A DNA stretch of 64,000 nucleotides from Cladosporium halotolerans (taxonomy: Eukaryota), in contig NW_027191462.1 in assembly GCF_011745625.1 (NCBI RefSeq), positions 434,001 to 498,000 of the forward strand, in the 5' to 3' direction. The notes below the pieces were generated by a model. The model was not told the origin of the DNA. It saw nothing but the letters and a program-made list of their open reading frames with translations, and did no database searches. A program made the translations under genes and the position numbers. Positions 22,483 through 33,815 of the stretch are shown one piece after another (position 1 is the first letter of the stretch; each line of letters begins with the position of its first letter).

Positions 22483-23597
22483 ATGTCCCCACCACCCCCC
22501 ACAAACGCCTACACCCCCCAACAGACGACCGAGCTCTGCTCGCGCGCCGGGCACGCCAAAGCCCGCATGCGCCCGGACAAGGTTCTGCTCAGCTCCTTCC
22601 TGGCCGGCGCCATTCTGGCCTTCGCCTGCGCCAGCACGCTGTCCGTCACCGTCGCGCCGTGGTACCAGGAGAACGCGCCGGGCGTCATCACCCTGCTGGG
22701 CGCGGCGATCTTCCCGTTCGGGCTGACGATTATCCTGACGACGGGCGCGGATCTGTGCACGGGGAGTTTTATGGTGTGCCTCCCTCCCTTCCTCCCTCAT
22801 CCACTCGTTGCAAGCGCAAGAGAAAAGCAGACACGACTGACCCACCGCAGCTCACCACCATCTCAACCCTGCACGGCCGCACGCACCCCCTCCGCGCCCT
22901 CGCCCACTGGACCCTCACCTTCCTCGGCAACCTGGCCGGCAGCCTCTTCACGATGGCGCTGCTAGTCGGCTACACGACGACCTTCTCGTCCCCCGCCGCG
23001 CACGCGCGCGCCGCCTCCTTCGCGACTGCCAAAGCGCTCACGCCCGCCTGGCACGTCGTCTTCCTGCGCGGCATCGGCGCCAACTGGCTCGTGTGCCTGG
23101 CCGCGTGGCTGTCGTTCATGGCGCGCGGGTTCGGCGGCAAGGTGGCGGCGATCTGGGGGCCGACGTTCGCGTTCGTCATGCTGGGGTTCGACCACGTCGT
23201 GGCCAACATGCTGTACGTGCCGCTGGGGATTTTCGTCGGCGCGGAGGGGTTGACGGTCGGGAGGTATATTGCGGATTCGATGATTCCGGCGCTGCTGGGG
23301 AATATTGTGGGGGGTGGGTTGATGGTTGGGGTTGTTTATTGGTATTTGGTGAGTTGTCCTGTTTTTGGGAGGGGTTGTTGGGGGGTTTGATGTGAGGCGG
23401 GTACTAACTTTGAGTGTTTTTAGTATCTCTGCGGCAATGAGACGCCTGTTGTCGTTGATGGTGAAGTGTGGGAGGGTGATCAGAAGGAGGAGGAGATTGT
23501 GGGCCAGGTGCGTGAGAGGGAGGATTTTGAAGGTCAGAGGTCTGGGGAGCAGACTCCGAGGAGGAAGGAGAGCAAGGGTGCGGAAGATATGGTTTGA
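22483..23597 (+). CDS. Formate/nitrite transporter (FNT) family channel
   Basis: Motifs FPFGL, GADLCTG, GNLAGS, GIGANWLVCLA, GFDHVVANM and GNIVGGG. Exons 22483-22773, 22851-23348 and 23424-23597. Confidence 0.93.
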
Positions 23598-25210
23598 TGG
23601 TGGGTTCGCTCAGTCAATTAACCATATGGGGACAACGGGATTAGCTTTAGTGAGCGTAAAAAGAGCGTTTAATGATAGATTTGATCAATACTTGCGTTGA
23701 GCGATGATGACGATTTGCTTGTGGCCAAAATAGCTAAGCCTCCATTGCGGATTTGGCAAAGAAAACAACGCGTTGAGTCTGCAGCAGACGACAATACCGT
23801 ATTAGGCTGGCGTGTCACAGCAGAAGCTTGCCCGAACCGATGCGAGGAGGACATGGGTTGATGGTCGGGCTGATCACTCGGGTCGGCGGTATGGGTATTA
23901 GCTCGAGAAAAGGAAAGGCCTTCGATATTGAGAGGCTCCGTCAATCTTTGCCTTGAGCGCTATGCGAATCTGATCGCTGTGCAGAAGTTCGAGCTTGAAA
24001 TGCAGACGGTGTATGCATGCAACCATGCGCCCGGCCGCAGATAAGACCTCGGGATGTCTGCACGAGTTTTACGCGCATCGCAGCAGACCCTTGCTGGAAT
24101 CCGCACAAAAGTACGTATCTCATCGAGGGCCATGCCTGCCACATACTTGATCAGGTATGACCTCCGATGAATCTGAAAAGAGCATCAGCCTTCAACTACA
24201 AACCCGTCTGGGCAACAATATCAATCGGCGTCAAGGTGAACACCTCCATGACGATCAATTCCTGCCCCAGGCATCCTCGCCGCGGCTTTCGCCTAAGGCG
24301 TTCCACTCGAAGCCCTACATATCACAAGCCCTACCTGTTCGCAACGCATCCAAGCCGATGCGCGTGAGCGCGTAGGCGAAGCTGCGGGTCTACAAGCATC
24401 GGGGCCGCTCGAAAATGCTCCGACGGGGTTGAACGGCGGCGCTTCAGCACGTCATGATGGCGGAAAGCCAATGGATCTCTCGCTCTTCTGGACCTCGTCG
24501 CCGCGCGCGGAAGTGCCGGAATCGCGTGGGCGCATGATGGAGAGGCGATGAGGCGCGGATGGCGCCGTTGCTTTTCGCTCGGGAAGGAAGCGCTGGATGC
24601 GCGGGTCCCTGCAGCGTTTGCGGTGTGAGGTCTGAAGGGAGGACGCCACGTTGTTGTGCAGATCTGGTGGGTTTGCCTACTGTAGCGATGCTGGTGTCGC
24701 TTGCTTGCTGCAGCAGCGATCGGAGCGGGTTTATTGGACGCTGCAGGGGATCGATGGGAGGGATGCGGGTGCGCGGATGGAGAGGGTGGTTCATGCAAGC
24801 CGGGCAGCAGTGTAGCCGTGGGAGCCTGCGGACGCGCTGCTTCGACGCTCCTCGTATTCCGTATCGCGGCCAACGGTGCCAGTTGGGAGACGGGGGTTTC
24901 GGACGATGGCGCGAAACACAGCAGTGCCACGTAGGGAGACGCGGTGGGATGTCAGCTCCGGCATTGCATGGGCGCTGCGCTGTGTGCTGGAGCACAGGGG
25001 ATGGAGTTGGTCGGAGGGGGCGGATGGCCTGTCGTGGTGGAGGCATCACTGGAAGCAGCAAACATTATGATTATCCCGGCTGCAGTCGCACCCAACCGTG
25101 TCACATGGGCGGAGATGGGCGCGGACGCAGCAGCAGTGGAAGGCGAGCGCGGGAGCAGCAGCACTACTGGATGGAGGACGAGCAGCGTGTGTGCGAGGGC
25201 AGGATGAATA

Positions 25211-25395
25211 TGCCAATCTGAGACTGCGAGCGATGCTGGGAGTGCAATCTGAGCGTGGGCGTGGCACCGCATGCTGCCAATCTGAGACGCGAGCAGGGCG
25301 ATATAGTGTGGGCGACTACTGCGTGCTACTGCATCTGCCAATCTGGCCCCGCCTATCTGACATCTGCCATCCGCCATCTGCCATCGGCCATCGGG
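25211..25395. repeat. Cluster of short direct repeats (TGCCAATCTGAGAC-like, four copies; then a CCATCxG heptamer tandem)
   Basis: CAATCTG at 25214, 25245, 25278 and 25339; catctgccatccgccatctgccatcggccatcgg at about 25361-25394. Confidence 0.7.
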
Positions 25396-25905
25396 GCGCA
25401 TCTCGAGATCGCCGTCAGCCTCGCGCAACGCCGCTCACTCCACCGATGCCCACGCGGACGCCCGTCGGCTCGCCGAGTGGAGCGTCGTGCACCTCGCAGC
25501 GGGCCCGGCGTTGACGGCGCGCGGCGGGCGGGCGTGGGCGAGGTGGGCTGGCAGGCTGGGTACGTCGTCCGGCGTGCGCCTGCATCAGTGCATCTACGAT
25601 ACAGCCCGATCGATCTCTGCAGCCAGAGATCGGCTGCCGCCGCGCTCGTCCCGGCACCACCATCACCAGCACAGCGCACCGCCGCACCCTACTGCTGCTC
25701 TCCAACACCCCGGCCGCCGACTCTGCCTGCTCGCCGCTCGCTTGCACAACCTGCAACGAGCCTGCGCCCGCTCTCTGCCTCTGCTTTATTATATCCACCG
25801 CTGCCCCACCCCGTCGACCCTCCGCTTCTGCGACAAAGCCCGCCTTCTGCGCTTTCGGAGAATTTTTAAAATCGCCTGCGCAACGCCCGCGCCACAGAAG
25901 ACGTC

Positions 25906-28188
25906 ATGCCGAAGGAGAACAAGAAGCGCGGTCGCCGCATGGAAGGCACGAAGAGGAAGCATGAGGAGGCCGACGACGAGCAGGCATTCGCTCAAGACAT
26001 CAAGCGACAAAAGTCCACCGACCATGTCGATGACGACGGACGCCCGATCGAGAACGGACTCGACCATGTCCCGTTCAAGCAAGACGACGCCGACGAGAAC
26101 ATGGACGGCGCCTACCCTCCCATGGAGGACAAGCCGTTCTTCGGCATGCTCGACGAGGAGGAGCAGGAATACTTCAAGCATGCCGACGAGATGCTCGAGA
26201 CGAACTCGTTCGACGATGCCGAGCAGCGTCAGCTTTTCCTCGCCAACGTCTGGCGCGAGGCTGACGGCAAAGAGCTCAAGATTGCCAACAGCCAGTCTTG
26301 CTCCCGCCTTATGGAGCGATTGATCCAGTTGTCCACGCCTGCGCAGCTCAAGGGATTGTTCCAGAAGTTTTACGGAAAGTATGTCGGCTCTCCAATTCTG
26401 CTTGCTGTAATCTATGCGTCGGTCAAGTAGGCTAACTGTTTCTCTAGCTTTGTTCACTTGATGACCCACCGCTTTGCATCCCATTGTTGCGAAGCTCTTT
26501 TCACACACTCTGCGCCCGTCGTCACGACTGAGCTGCTGTCCCGGTCGAAAAAGTCCAAGAAGGACAGCGATGAAGCCGATGGAGACAGCAAAGAGCCCGA
26601 GCAACCAATGGAGCAATATTTCCTCGACACCATGACAGAGATCGAAGGCAGCATCGGCTTCCTCATGACCGATCGTTTTGCTTCCCACGTCCTTCGTGTA
26701 CTTTTGATCGTCCTCTCCGGCGAACCGTTAGAATCGTCAGCGAACAAGCAACTCATGCAGAGCAAGAAGAAGGAGTCCATCAAGGTCGATGGCAAGGAGA
26801 AATCAGAAGAGAAGAAGAACAACCGCACAGTGCCTGAATCGTTCTCCAAAGCGTTGGAGAAGCTCTTGAGTGAGAGTATCGCTGGTCTCGACACAGAAAA
26901 GCTTCGCGCCCTCGCCACAACTCCCAACGGAAACCCTACATTGCAACTTCTATTGAGGCTAGAGTTGTCGCATTTCGGCAAACAGCGCGCGAAAGAGGAA
27001 TCGTCGGTCATTCGTACTTTGCTCCCCGACGATCCGATCACGGAAGACTGTGGTAGCGCGGCCTTCATCAACGCCATGATCTACGACGCAACCGGCTCCC
27101 GTCTGATCGAAACACTCGTCGAGAGCGCGCCCGCGAAGCTGTTCAAGAACATCTACACGACCATCTTCAAGGAACGCCTCCCGTCGTACGCCCGCAACGA
27201 CATCGCCAGCTTCGTCGCCTGCCGCATCCTCGAGCGCCTGGGCAAAGACGAGCTCTTCGCCGCGCACGAACTCATAGTCCCCAAAATCCCCAGCCTCCTC
27301 GAGCGCAACCGCACCAACATCGTCCGCACCCTCATCGAGCGCTGCACCGTCCGCGGCATCGACACCAAAGCCATCGCCGTCAACGTCCAAGCCACCTGGG
27401 ACACGCCGGACGGCTTCGAGATCAAAAAGCTCCTCAAAATCGACTCCGCCCCGGACTCCCAACAAACCTCCGACAACACCACCACCCAACCCCCCTCAAA
27501 ACCCACGCCCTCCCAAGCAGCCCCCGAACCCACAAAAACCCACTTCAACCTCCTCGCGCAAGCCATGCTCCTCGTCCCCGGCGCCCTCAGCGCCCTCGTC
27601 CTCGACTCCCTCACCCTCCTCGACGGGCCCACCCTCGTCCACACAGCCAAGGACCCCATCGCCTCCCGCACCCTCCAGCACGCCCTCACGACGCCCAACG
27701 CCAGCATCATCGCCGTCCGCAAGCTCGTCCAGCGCTTCTACGGCCGCGTCGCCGAGCTCGCGCTCGACAAGGCCGCCTCCCACGTCATCGACTGCGTCTG
27801 GGCCGGCACGCACGGGCTGGCGTTCATCCGCGAGCGCATCGCCGAGGAGCTGGCGGAGGAGGAGGCGGCGCTGCGGGAGAGCGTGTGCGGGCGCGCCGTC
27901 TGGCGCAACTGGAAGATGGACGTTTACAAGCGCCGGCGCGCGGAGTGGGTGCACATGAGCCGCGTCAAGGCGTCGAACGATGGCTTTCAGAGCTTTAGCG
28001 AGCTGGAGGACGCGAAGAGGAGGGGCAGGCGGGAGGAGGAGAGGGAGAGGAATGCTGGGGAGGGGAAGGATGGGGCGGGCGCGGGGAGGAAGAAGAGTGC
28101 GTTGGAGTTGGCGAGGGAGAGGCATGTTAGGAATAAGGCGGCGAGGGCGAAGAAGGTTGCTGGTGCGGGTGGTGGGGAGAAGGCGTAG
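25906..28188 (+). CDS. NOP9: Nucleolar protein 9 (Pumilio-repeat, 18S biogenesis)
   Basis: MPKENKKRGRR...FFGMLDEEEQEYF...KELKIANSQSCSRLMERLI; intron 26379-26447; HRFASHCCE and ASHVLR. Confidence 0.95.
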
Positions 28189-28973
28189 AGGGGTTTTTGT
28201 TTGAGATGGTGGAGAGGCGGTGTGGTATGGTATGGTAAGGAATGGGAGGCCTGCTGTAATCGATGGTTTTTTTTTATGTATGCTATGGGACTGAATGGAG
28301 TGTCATGGTTGGGGCGGTCGGTTGGCCTCTCATGTTTGGAATATCATCTTGTCACCGTGGACCATTCTCACGTCGTGGTCTATGCCAGAGAGGAGCGCCT
28401 GCGTCACGCTCATTTTCGTGGCAATGGACTTTTTGTGGAGCGCGTACGTCTCATCTGGTTAACGATGTTTGCACAGCAGTCTACTAGTGTACACTTTCGT
28501 CCAACCGACGGACTTGGGACCGGAGTGTTCTTTAGCACCATCACCTGTTGCAGCAAAGACAAGAAGGACGACTTTTCCAGGGAGTGGGAAGCTAATTTCA
28601 TTGTTTTTTCTGATAGTGAGCATGTCTCTTTCTGCTCCTCTTCCTCAACGCAACTCTCACAATGCCATCCTGCCCTAATAGATGTGTTCCTTCAAGAGCA
28701 AAACTTTCGCGGAACTGTGGCGGTCCCGTCCGTGCAGGTCTCGTCCCCCCGAACGTCGGCGCAGGTGCAGACCCTGATGGACGGCGTGGCTCGACTTCGC
28801 AGCGGGATCGCCCACAAAAAAGTCTGGTGGGGTGACTGGTCGTGCTGCCCGCCAGCAGGTCCTGCGCCCTCTTGTACGCCGTGCAATCCTGTCTCCTTCG
28901 TGTCTTCCCACCTCAACCTCACCTCCTCTCACTTTTCCCTCCCACCCTCTCTCTCCACCACACATCCACAGCC

Positions 28974-30404
28974 ATGTCTTCCTACGCCCTCTCGCAGTCC
29001 CACAAGGACCTCATGGAGAAGTCTCTCAAGGAGACCGATCCTGAGATCGCCGACATCATGAAGGACGAGGTCCAGCGCCAGCGCGAGTCCATCCTCCTCA
29101 TTGCCTCCGAGAACGTCACCTCGCGCGCCGTCTTCGATGCCCTGGGCAGCGCCATGTGCAACAAGTACTCCGAGGGATACCCCGGCGCCCGCTACTACGG
29201 CGGCAACGAGCACATCGACCGCGTCGAGCTCACCTGCCAGAAGCGCGCCCTCGAGACCTTCCGCCTCGACTCTGAGAAGTGGGGCGTCAACGTCCAGTGC
29301 CTTTCTGGCTCCCCCGCCAACCTCCAGGTCTACCAGGCCGTCATGAGGCCTCACGAGCGCATCATGGGTCTCGACCTCCCCCACGGTGGCCACTTGAGCC
29401 ACGGCTACCAGACTCCCACCAAGAAGATCTCCGCCGTCTCCACCTACTTCGAGACCTTCCCCTACCGCGTCAACCTCGAGACCGGCATCATCGACTACGA
29501 CCAGCTCGAGCAGAACGCCATGATGTACCGCCCCAAGGTCCTCGTCGCCGGCACCTCCGCCTACTGCCGCGAGATCGACTACGCCCGCATGCGCAAGATC
29601 GCCGACGCCGTCGGCTGCTACCTCATGGTCGACATGGCCCACATCTCCGGCCTGATCGCCGCCGGCGTCAACAAGTCTCCCTTCGAGTACGCCGACATCG
29701 TCACCACCACCACCCACAAGTCCCTCCGCGGCCCCCGCGGCGCCATGATCTTCTTCCGCAAGGGCGTGCGCAAGACCGAGATGAAGCAGGGCAAGGAGGT
29801 CCAGACCCTCTACGACCTCGAGGGCCCCATCAACTTCTCCGTCTTCCCCGGCCACCAGGGCGGCCCGCACAACCACACCATCACCGCGCTCGCCGTCGCC
29901 CTCAAGCAGGCCCAGAGCCCGGAGTTCCTCGCCTACCAGCAGCAGGTCATCAAGAACGCCAAGCAGCTGGAGGTGAGCTTCAAGGAGAAGGGCTACCGCC
30001 TCGTCACCGACGGCACGGACAACCACATGGTCCTGCTCGACCTCAAGCCCATCACCAACCCGAGCCTCGACGGCGCCCGCGTCGAGTTCGTCCTCGAGAA
30101 CGTCAACATCGCCTGCAACAAGAACACCACCCCCGGCGACAAGTCCGCCCTGACCCCGATGGGCATCCGCATCGGCGCCCCCGCCATGACCTCCCGCGGC
30201 CTCGGCGAGGCCGACTTCGACCGCATCGCCGGCTACATCGACCGCTGCATCAAGCTCGCCCAGAAGGTCCAGAGCGAGCTGCCCAAGGAGGCCAACAAGC
30301 AGAAGGACTTCAAGGCCAAGATCGCCTCCGGCGAGGTCGAGGAGATCAAGACCCTCAAGGCTGAGATCGCCGCGTGGGCCGGCACTTTCCCTCTGCCTAT
30401 CTAA
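28974..30404 (+). CDS. SHM2: Serine hydroxymethyltransferase, cytosolic
   Basis: Motifs [29 protein letters not shown] and [13 protein letters not shown]. No presequence at ATG 28974; extreme C-ending codon bias; no intron needed. Confidence 0.97.
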   Translation: MSSYALSQSHKDLMEKSLKETDPEIADIMKDEVQRQRESILLIASENVTSRAVFDALGSAMCNKYSEGYPGARYYGGNEHIDRVELTCQKRALETFRLDSEKWGVNVQCLSGSPANLQVYQAVMRPHERIMGLDLPHGGHLSHGYQTPTKKISAVSTYFETFPYRVNLETGIIDYDQLEQNAMMYRPKVLVAGTSAYCREIDYARMRKIADAVGCYLMVDMAHISGLIAAGVNKSPFEYADIVTTTTHKSLRGPRGAMIFFRKGVRKTEMKQGKEVQTLYDLEGPINFSVFPGHQGGPHNHTITALAVALKQAQSPEFLAYQQQVIKNAKQLEVSFKEKGYRLVTDGTDNHMVLLDLKPITNPSLDGARVEFVLENVNIACNKNTTPGDKSALTPMGIRIGAPAMTSRGLGEADFDRIAGYIDRCIKLAQKVQSELPKEANKQKDFKAKIASGEVEEIKTLKAEIAAWAGTFPLPI

Positions 30405-31188
30405 GTTCTTTGATTCCTGAAAGAGCTTGGGGCTTAGACGAAGGGAGGGAAAGCATTTTGGGATTCGGCGTTGATTACATTGGGCATGAGACATGGGAGA
30501 ACGAAGGGATCGAAAAAGAGGTCATTCAACAAAGACTGTTTTTTGTGTAAGCGACGGTGTTTTTGTGGGATTTACAAAATGGGAAAAAGAGAAAAATGGT
30601 TGCCACAAAAGAGACGAGAGATTCGTCTCTTCTTGTGGAAGTATGCTTTACGCATTTATTCTTCATGTATCAGAAATACAAAACGAAACGAAGGGGGAGA
30701 GCGTGCGTCAACCTGCCGCTCTTCTTTCATTATTCAATGCCTTGCTGTCCTTCCTTTTATCCTTGCTGTGATCGTGTGAGACTGTTACTCGCTTTCTTCG
30801 AATCTTCTCTCCTTCGCCGCCTATGCAGACTCCTTATGCTAGGACCATTATTTCTATTTTCCCATGACTGCCTTCCGCCTCTGATGGTTTCCGCAAGGCG
30901 GCTTCACATCTCACCCGCCTTGTGCCAGCGCGGTCCCAACGTGGGCGGCTCTGTTTCCAAGCCGGCGGCCGCGGATATTTCCCAGCATCCAGTAGCGGAA
31001 TCAGTACCCGCGCAGAGCAGATCACCTCACATGACCCCACCTCCACCGCTGCGAACCCTCCTCTTCCAGCTCCCAGCCGGCCCGCAGCAGCTCGCCCTTC
31101 ACTCCCACAAATCCGCTGTCCGGCGTGGAGCGCTGCGCGCTTCTATCCAGAGCCACTGCCCTTTCCTTTTCTCCGTGTCCACAGAACC

Positions 31189-31837
31189 TCAGTCGTCCCC
31201 CCTACTCCCCCTCCTCGCCGCCTTCTTCCTACTAACCGCCTCCTTCAACCTCCTCCTCCCTGCCGCCTCCGCCTTCTGCAACCTCTCCACGCGCTCCTTC
31301 TGCCCCGCCGCCGTCTCGTTCGGTACGCTCTCTTTCCCCGCCTCGAGCAGCAGAGCGTGCAGTTTGCGGAAGCACGCGTTCGCGTTGTCGGCTTGTTTGC
31401 GGGCGTCGTCCGACTGGATTATGAGGGCGTTGGTTTTGGGCGCCGCGTAGCGGCTGGAGAGCACGGGGGCGTGTAAGGGCGGGGGGAGCAGGGGGAGGAG
31501 AGAGGGGAGGGGGAGGCGGAGGGTGGCTTTGGAGGAGACTCTGCGTTTTTAGGGATTAGTGGTTGGGTTTTTTGGGGCCCACAGGTGAGGAGGGGACGCA
31601 CTTATTGACGTTTTGGCCGCCGGGGCCAGAGGACCGCGAGAAGGTGATTTCGCAGAGCGAGTGTGGGATTGTGTCGGGGTTGAGCTCGGAGAGCCATTTG
31701 CGCGCGGCGGAGAGGTCTTCGTCGGAGTATTGGGGCGAGCCGCGTTTGGAGGCGTAGGTTCGGAAGGGTGGTGGGGCGCGGAGGAGGAAGGGTGTTGTTC
31801 TTATTGAGGCGAGGTTGAGGAGAGCATTGCGCTGCAT
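31189..31837 (-). CDS. Mitochondrial peptidyl-tRNA hydrolase / RF-1 domain protein (ICT1/Pth4-like)
   Basis: Arg-rich presequence; FSRSSGPGGQNVNK|VSSKA across intron 31601-31541; basic C-terminal tail. Confidence 0.9.
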
Positions 31838-32122
31838 GATGGCGAGTTGCGGGAGAGTTGTTGTTTGGGTTTGAGAGGTACCTCACAGATGCGCGAGCTT
31901 GACATGTGAAAGTGGAAGCTTGAAGTGCCCGCTACTAAATGTGAAGCTTTGCTGAAGACGGAATTGCGAGGACGCTCCGTTCTATGTCCCTACATGCATG
32001 GACTGACCTCGTTCGGTTCCATTGGATGTAAAAGTTATCTCGAATGAAGAAGTGCACCATTGGCAATGCAGATGGCATTCAATATGATCAAGAAAAGCAA
32101 AAAAAGAGTGAAGAACATCTGT

Positions 32123-32223
32123 TACAAACCCCCGGAATCGAACCGGGAACCTTCTGTGCTGCCATCAGCTTGCAAGTTGCAACTGTTGTTAGACAGAAAT
32201 CATAACCGCTAGACCAGGCTTGC
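32123..32223 (-). tRNA. tRNA-Val (anticodon AAC) with 28-nt intron
   Basis: Acceptor stem GCAAGCC/GGTTTGT; anticodon stem TCTGT/ACAGA with CT-AAC-A; intron 32186-32159 after position 37; T-arm CCCGG-TTCGATT-CCGGG. Oligo-T terminator near 32099-32105 and a (TA)n box near 32270 upstream. Confidence 0.96.
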
Positions 32224-32419
32224 TAGTTACAACTCGTCGTTGAATTGATGAAAGCGCGCAGCGTCGGAATATATATATACTCTTATTTGCAAAGAGGCCG
32301 CAGCCTCAGCTCTAACGTCAATCGCTGTACTAGGTAGCGCTGTCACATCAAATTCCGAAGGCATTCATGCGCTTTGAAACGGGCTCGATACAGCACGACA
32401 ACCACAGTCCGAAACCAAA

Positions 32420-33373
32420 ATGACAGAACAGATAAAGCTCGGGTATTTGCTGTCGACCGCAATTCAGATCGTGACAATTAAGCTAACCCCAACCTTCACA
32501 GCAAAGACGCCGCGACCAACGCCCGTGGCATCCCGTATGCGCCCTTCGTCGAGCGGGTTGAAGACTATGTGACGACCCGCGCGGACGTCGAGAAGACGCT
32601 GCAGAGTTTCTCTGAGATGATTTCGTACGTTCTCATTTGCTCCGGCATCTAGAGTGCGGATAAGCAACCTGCGGGCGCTGACCATTCAACTCAGGAAATA
32701 CCAGTTCATGGAGTCGAGCACACAGAAGCGCGCTCTAGGCCTCAAAGACAAAATCCCGGATATTGAGAAGACACTGGAGACAGTTCAATTCCTTGCTTCG
32801 AGAGATGTACGTTCACTTACTCGATTCACCCCAAAGACTCACCCAAAACTAACGCCACCACCTCACCCAGGACGACGCCGAACCCCTCGAGACCTCCTTC
32901 GAGCTGAACGACACTCTCTACGCCAAAGCCAACATCGCCAAAGTCGACGAGGTGTACCTCTGGCTCGGTGTACGTTCACGTCTCTTCCATCTTTCCCTAA
33001 AGGTCTACCGAGACTGACTTTCCTTCTCCACCTAGGCCAACGTTATGCTCTCCTACCCGATTCCCGAAGCAACCGAGCTGCTAACAGGCAAGCTGAGCGC
33101 CGCACGCCAGAGCTTGAGCAACTGTGAGGAGGACTTGGATTTCCTTCGCGAGCAGATTACCGTACGTCTTGTCCATTTTTCCCCCTCTCCTTTTGGCCCT
33201 CCTTGCGATTGCAGGCAAGACGTAGCGTCATCTGGACATAGTTTCTTTTGCTTTCCACAATTAATAATCCGACTGACGAGCGGATCCCACAGACAATGGA
33301 AGTCGCCACGGCGCGCGTGTACAACTGGGACGTGGGACAGAAGCGGAAGGAGAAGGAGGCAGAGGGCAGCTGA
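32420..33373 (+). CDS. PAC10: Prefoldin subunit 3 (VBP1/Pac10)
   Basis: Six exons (32420-32442, 32502-32624, 32695-32806, 32871-32969, 33036-33161, 33293-33373) give 187 aa with NARGIPYAPFV, FELNDTLYAKA, VYLWLGANVMLSY and TMEVATARVYNWDV. Confidence 0.95.
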
Positions 33374-33815
33374 GCGAGTATTCTAGTCGCCTCGAAACGA
33401 TTAGTGATAGCAGATCAACCAAAATCCAGAAAACCAACTTCACGTTACTAGCAACACTATCGCAAGAACCAATGCACGAGACCACTGGGAGTTAATGGTG
33501 TATTTGATTTGTTCGTTTTTGTTTTCTTTCACTCTGTCTGCGAAGCTTATTATCACCCCCATCTGTTTCCCTCCACTGTCCACACCTCAGAACCACTCGC
33601 GAGCTCTCAAAAGCACGAACGACGCTTCTTTGGTATATGTACATCCAGCGAAACCAAGAAATCGCGATCGACGAATAGGAGAGAAAAGAAAAACAAAACA
33701 GAAGGAGCCCGCATGAAAAGACGCAGAACAAAAGCAACCTCTTGGTATCCAACATCGCGAAGCACACACAGACAGACCCCCAAACAGCAAGAAAGAAGAA
33801 CAACCACCTCGACTC

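Noticed and set aside
25211..25360. HapX/CBC or SreA iron-regulatory sites
   Set aside because: The two CCAAT copies checked (25213, 25277) lack the N12-RWT partner, and ATCTGAGA does not match ATCWGATAA.
28929..30494. 521-aa antisense ORF opposite SHMT (similar ones lie opposite the decarboxylase and NOP9)
   Set aside because: Shadow ORFs produced by strong C-ending codon bias on the sense strand; no recognisable domains.
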